Assembly (NCBI RefSeq): GCF_009914755.1
Contig: NC_060931.1
Reading direction: 5' to 3' (one strand)
DNA: 64,000 nt
Source of the DNA: the human T2T-CHM13v2.0 reference genome, Homo sapiens
The number at the start of each line of letters is the position of its first letter. Within the stretch, counting starts at the first letter, position 1. The notes below the pieces were generated by a model, which worked only from the letters and a program-made list of their open reading frames with translations, ran no database searches and was not told the DNA's origin. A program made the translations under genes and the position numbers. This document shows, piece by piece, positions 50,769 through 64,000 of the stretch.

Positions 50769-51793
50769 ATGGAGAAAACAGACCCGAAATCAAAAAGTCA
50801 ACCACAAGCCAGAATATTTCTGATGAAAATCAAACCCATGAGATGATAATGGAGAGACTCGCAGGAGACAGCTTCTGGTACTCCATCCTAGGAGGACTCT
50901 GGGATTTTGATTACCATCCAGAGTTTAACCAAGAAAACCACAAGAGATATTTAGGACAAGTAACTTTGACCCACAAAAAGATCACACAGGAGAGAAGCCT
51001 TGAGTGTAATAAATTTGCAGAAAACTGTAATCTGAACTCAAACCTTATGCAGCAGAGAATTCCTTCCATTAAAATACCCCTGAATTCTGACACACAGGGA
51101 AACAGCATCAAACATAATTCAGACTTGATTTACTATCAGGGAAATTATGTAAGAGAGACTCCCTATGAATATAGTGAGTGTGGAAAAATCTTCAATCAAC
51201 ATATTCTTCTTACTGATCATATTCATACTGCAGAGAAACCCAGTGAGTGTGGGAAGGCCTTCAGCCACACCTCATCTCTTAGCCAGCCTCAGATGTTGCT
51301 TACAGGAGAGAAGCCCTATAAGTGTGATGAATGTGGAAAAAGATTCAGCCAGAGGATACATCTCATTCAACATCAGAGAATTCACACAGGAGAAAAGCCT
51401 TTTATATGCAATGGATGTGGGAAAGCCTTCCGTCAGCATTCATCCTTTACTCAACATCTGAGGATTCATACTGGAGAAAAGCCCTATAAATGTAATCAAT
51501 GTGGTAAAGCTTTTAGCCGCATCACATCCCTTACTGAACATCATAGACTTCATACCGGAGAGAAACCTTACGAATGTGGTTTCTGTGGCAAAGCCTTCAG
51601 TCAGAGGACACATCTGAATCAACATGAAAGAACTCATACAGGAGAGAAACCCTATAAATGTAATGAATGCGGGAAAGCCTTTAGCCAGAGTGCACACCTT
51701 AATCAACACAGGAAAATCCATACTCGGGAGAAATTATGTGAATATAAATGTGAGCAAACTGTTCGCCACAGTCCTTCATTTAGCAGCACATAA
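50769..51793 (+). CDS. ZNF713: ZNF713 terminal coding exon: spacer, two degenerate fingers, five intact C2H2 fingers (51317-51721), stop TAA
   Basis: TTTCTTTTAG|AT phase-1 acceptor; contains ORF 50843-51793; TGEKPY linkers; total spliced CDS is 443 aa. Confidence 0.95.
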
Positions 51794-54020
<2,227 letters not shown>

Positions 54021-54135
54021 AATCATTTATTTTATTTATTGAAATATATATCTGGGCTGGGCACGGTGGCTCACATCTGTAATCCCAGCACTTTGGGAGG
54101 GCAAGGCAGGTGGATCACTTGAGGTTAGGAGTTCA

Positions 54136-55835
<1,700 letters not shown>

Positions 55836-55906
55836 TATATCAGAATTTAAGGTGATTTCATTTGATTTTTATGATTGCTGCCTTGTTTGACAGAAGTCAC
55901 ATTTGA

Positions 55907-56155
<249 letters not shown>

Positions 56156-57214
56156 TGATCCACCCGCCTCAGCCTCCCAAAGAGTTGAGATTACAGGTGT
56201 GAGCCACCGTGCCCGGCCCCACATTTGATGTTTTAAAGCATTCAAAATGTAAACGGTCATAAACCAGGAATAGCTGCAAGCATAGGGACACTTCAGTTTC
56301 TTGGTTTTCAGGTTTCCTCTGTCTTCTCAGGCATGGCTGAAGAAAACATAAGGTTAAGGTAGGAGTGCAGCCCACTTGCTTTCTCATCTTTCTTCTAACT
56401 TGAGCCTGGCTCAAGACTTCCCTGATTTATTCTCCCCGAGAAAGGACTAGATTTTGTAGGCCCTGAGTCAAAGCTGAAATGATTTAAGGACTTTAAAAAA
56501 CAAAAACAATAAAACCCCCCCAAAAAAACTCATTTCATTGTAGAAATTAAACTTTTCAAAAGCATTTTTGTCCCATGCAACAGTAGGTATGAAATAGTTA
56601 ATAAAACCTTGAGTTACTGTAATCAGGGAGGATTTCTAATAGTATTTTGTCCAAACGTGTGCAGTGGCGATGCATTTTCAGGGCAAATCAATTCTGGAAG
56701 CATCCTCACCCAAAAAAAGCCACATTTAACATTCATTTGCCATAATGAGGCAGGATATAGGGCACTCAGATTTCAGGAGGGGAGAGAGTGAGCGAAGGTG
56801 ACGTCTCAGCAGAGGTATGTACTTTTTTGTTTGTTTGTTTTTTGAGACGGAGTCTCGCACTGTTGCCTGAGCTGGAATGCAATGGCACTATCTTGGCTCA
56901 TTGCAATCTCCGCCTCCTGGGTTCAAGCTATTCCCCTGCCTCAGCCTCCTGATTAGCTGGGATTACAGGCGCCTGTCACCACGCCCGGCTAATTTTTTGT
57001 ATTTTTAGTAGAGGGGGGGGTTTCACTATGTTGGCCAGGCTGGTCTCAAACTCCTGACCTCGTGATCTGCCTGCCCTCGGCTTCCCAAAGTGCTGGGATT
57101 ATAGGCGTGAGCCACCGCACCCAGCCAAGTATGTACTTTTTAAAAGTAATGGTTAATTACACTTGGTAAAATCTTTGATCAAAGCTTAATTTTGTGGCTG
57201 GGCGCAGTGGCTCA

Positions 57215-57544
<330 letters not shown>

Positions 57545-58337
57545 CTAAAGGCTCCAGCACAAGGCAGTGTATCTGTATCACAGCACAGGTGAAAAACAAG
57601 AACAAGATGGAATTCTCAGAAGAGGATGAGCAGAACTTGGACATCCCAGAAAAAAGGTGTCTGGACTGAACCCGACCACAGTTGGCCAAGGACTTTCACC
57701 AATTCTTCATACATAGGAATGGTACATTAGAATCCTATTATATATTCCTTAGGGTCACAGATGATTCTGTTTATGTTAATTGTACAGTAAAATTGGTGCG
57801 GATTCATTCTCATGTTGTCCTTTGTTCTCTTCAAAATGTTCCAAGTTAAGGAGTGAAGCCTAAATATGTTCATTACATCAAAATACTGGTACCCCCAGTG
57901 TACGGGAGCCAGAGGTGTACACATTCCAGTACTTATTTGTTATGACTTGTTTCTATCTAGGAGAGCAATATATTACCCTTTCACTGTATCAGTTTCTTTG
58001 GTCCATCCAACCAGGTGTTGTTGTCCTTCTATAAGAAGAAATACTTAAGCTACACATAGTAGTAGATGACTTATTATTCAGGGTTTCTCTGACTGAAATG
58101 TCACTATAACATCAGTCATTTGACTCCTAATCCAGTAGATATAAACAGTGCCTGGAACAGTCTATTATAACACTCTGAAAACATTTGGTAAATATATGAA
58201 TTTTAATAAAAGGAAAGATTGCTGCTCAACACCAAAATCTGTGTGACTATTTCTCTAACCTCAAAGTATTAGTAAACAATCGTCCTGTTCATTGGTTCTT
58301 TTATGTCCAAAGAGCTTGTTAGCATGGAGAAAAATAC

Positions 58338-58903
<566 letters not shown>

Positions 58904-59180
58904 TAATAGAGACAGGGTTTCACCATGTTAGCCAGGATGGTCTCGATCTCCTGACCTTGGGATCCGCCCATCTCAGCCTCCCAAAGTGCTGGGATTACAG
59001 GCATGAGGTACGACACCTAACTCTGTGTATTTATTTAAGAAAACAATTGATGTTCTTTAAACAGTCAGCATTCCTCTACTTATTTGGACATTTGCAACTA
59101 ATAAATAAAAAATTAAGAATTTCTAAAATTAGATATGCCTACTCTTTTAAACATTAACTTCAGATGTAAACAGATCTTAA

Positions 59181-59934
<754 letters not shown>

Positions 59935-60408
59935 TGATCCGCCTGCCAATCTTACCAGACCCAAAATAATAATACTGTCTCAAACTAAATTGTAGCATAT
60001 GCATTAGCAATGCCTCATCCTTGGTCACGTCATCCATAAGACCTTGCATCAATGAAATAACTCTTATTTGGTCTTTTATAACAAAATATCACTTGTAGTG
60101 TTGTGGGACATTTTAAGACCTTTTGTATAAACTTTAAATTTTTGAGACTTGAACTTTCCCAAAAGTATCTAGCCATTGTCTGGTCATTTTTATGACAGGA
60201 CATAATGATCTTTTTAGCTAGCATTATTCCAAAGCCTTTATATTCCTTATTTGTATAATCAAAAGGCCATCCAGCTCCTTCTTCGTGAAGAGTGCAGTTT
60301 TTGTAGTCAGCTTTTCATTGTAGAACATTTGGCTGCTTAATCATTTTGAAACACACTGTTGAATCCTGCTTCTCCTTGGTTATTATTGTATGTAATCATT
60401 AGAGCCAA

Positions 60409-60489
60409 TTAACTGTTAGACCGTCTTTCTACTTTGTTGAAGTAACTATTTTAACTGTTAGACCATCTTTCTACTTTGTTGAAGTAACT
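60409..60489 (+). repeat. Tandem duplication, 42-bp period, two copies
   Basis: TTAACTGTTAGACC(G/A)TCTTTCTACTTTGTTGAAGTAACT at 60409 and 60451. Confidence 0.9.
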
Positions 60490-60630
60490 TTTTCCAAGAT
60501 TACTTGGCTTGCCTAGCACCCCAATGTTTATTATTTCTTGATTAAACAGGAACAAATCTATATACACATACATATATATGTGTGTGTGTACATATGCTCG
60601 TACCTAGTAAGAAAAAAATATATATTTTTA

Positions 60631-60957
<327 letters not shown>

Positions 60958-61247
60958 TCACATAGTAAAGTTCTGTGCAACTGAAAAGAAAGATCAGCAT
61001 GTTCAGTACACTCCAGAAGCTGATTTGGAGCGATTCTTCCAGGATATGTTAAGTGAAAAGGGCAAATACAAAGCAGTCTACATAGAATGTTACTTTTGTA
61101 AGAGAATATATACAATCTTTGCAAAAAGAAATATAAGCAGGCCAAACCAGAAACTAATAAATTAGTTACCTATGGGAAACAAGAACAAGATCAAAAAGAT
61201 TGGGAATGGAATGAAATTTCTCTGCTTGTATCTTTTTAAAGTTTTAG

Positions 61248-61439
<192 letters not shown>

Positions 61440-62436
61440 TGAGTAGGTGGGATTACAGGCGTGTGTCACTATGCCCAGCTAATTTTTGTATTTTTAGTAG
61501 GGATGGAGTTTCACCATGTTGCCACAGGCTGATCTCGAACTCCTGGCCTCAGGTGATCCGCATGCCTCGGCCTCCCAAAGGGCTGGGATTATAGGCGTGA
61601 GCCACTGCGCCCAGCCTTAAAGTTTTAATTTTTGAACCATTTTAATGATTTACACATTCAAAAAATAAGATTAAAAGGATATGGTTTTTCCTATCCTCGA
61701 ATACAAAATTGTATACAAACATATAAAAATGAAGGCCAGGCACGGTGGCTCACGCCTGTAATCCCAACACTTTGGGAGGCCGAGGCGGGCGGATCATTAG
61801 GTCACAAGATGGAGACCATCCTGGCTAACGCGGTGAAACTCCATCTCTACTAAAAATACAAGAAAAATTAGCCGGGCGTGGTGGCGGGTGCCTGTAGTCC
61901 CAGCCACCCGGGATGCTGAGGCAGGAGAATGGCGTAAACCCAGGAGGCAGAGCTTGCAGTGAGCCGAGATTGTGAGCGAGACTCCGTCTGAAAAAAAAAA
62001 AAAAATCTAATTGTATAGAATATTGTTACAACCACACAGAAGAAAAAAAAAGAATCCCAAGAAATGTTGAACACAGTGCTGTCATTGTACACTCTAAGGA
62101 CAAAAAGAACCACAAAAAATAATCTCACGCATCACTTAGAAAGTTTGTTTTTAGTCGGGATATTGTTAGTACAACTCCAAAAGCATATAGTGTATACTAT
62201 AGGATTTAGCAGTAATCATTGATGTTGTCGGGGTAGGGACCAGAGTTCTAACTGTGGAAGAAAGGAGATAAAAATACGGAACTGGTGAAGCAAAAGAAGA
62301 AACCCACTGGTGGCTCATGCCTGTAATCCCAGCACTTTGGGAAGCCGAGACGGGCGGATCACGAGGTCAGGAGATCGAGACCATCCTGGCTTACACGGTG
62401 AAACCCCGTCTCCACTAAAAAAAATACAAAAAATTA

Positions 62437-62718
<282 letters not shown>

Positions 62719-62793
62719 TCAGAGCTTTGTTGCTAAGTACCACTCCCCACTGATACTTTTCGTTTGAAAAACTTCTGATACAATAACTGGTCA

Positions 62794-64000
<1,207 letters not shown>

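Noticed and set aside
56682-56814. Possible + strand exon (TTTTCAG|...GAG|GTATGT)
   Set aside because: Only generic splice-like motifs with no homology or other support.
59990-60400. Assigning the minus-strand relic to a LINE endonuclease or a PH domain
   Set aside because: Both resemblances rest on a few residues and contradict each other; a profile search is needed.

Overview
Human genomic DNA; an AluYb8 at 44387 indicates the species. I recognise the locus as 7p11.2. Most of the window is the + strand KRAB-C2H2 gene ZNF713: a GC-rich repeat tail at 1-90, probable non-coding exons at 18043-18169 and 23405-23857, and a spliced CDS join(24426-24512, 34937-35063, 35382-35474, 50769-51793) of 1332 nt (443 aa; KRAB-A, KRAB-B, five intact zinc fingers). 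The window ends in the CpG-island promoter and first exon of the next + strand gene, very probably MRPS17. The rest is mostly interspersed repeats: about 75-80 Alus, L1, L2, MaLR/ERV1 LTRs, a near-complete Tigger1 and a HERV-K LTR5 solo LTR. Main observations: (1) the long 5'UTR exon reads as a frameshifted, stop-interrupted SCAN-domain exon, suggesting ZNF713 descends from a SCAN-KRAB-ZNF gene whose SCAN exon became a uORF-rich UTR; (2) a multi-jump template-switch rearrangement (direct duplication + templated filler + inverted copy) lies at 501-4080 next to the GC repeat; (3) an ERV LTR-PBS-splice-donor segment appears to be exonised. Gene names and repeat subfamilies come from recognition, not database searches. 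Repeat boundaries are approximate unless a target-site duplication (TSD) is given.
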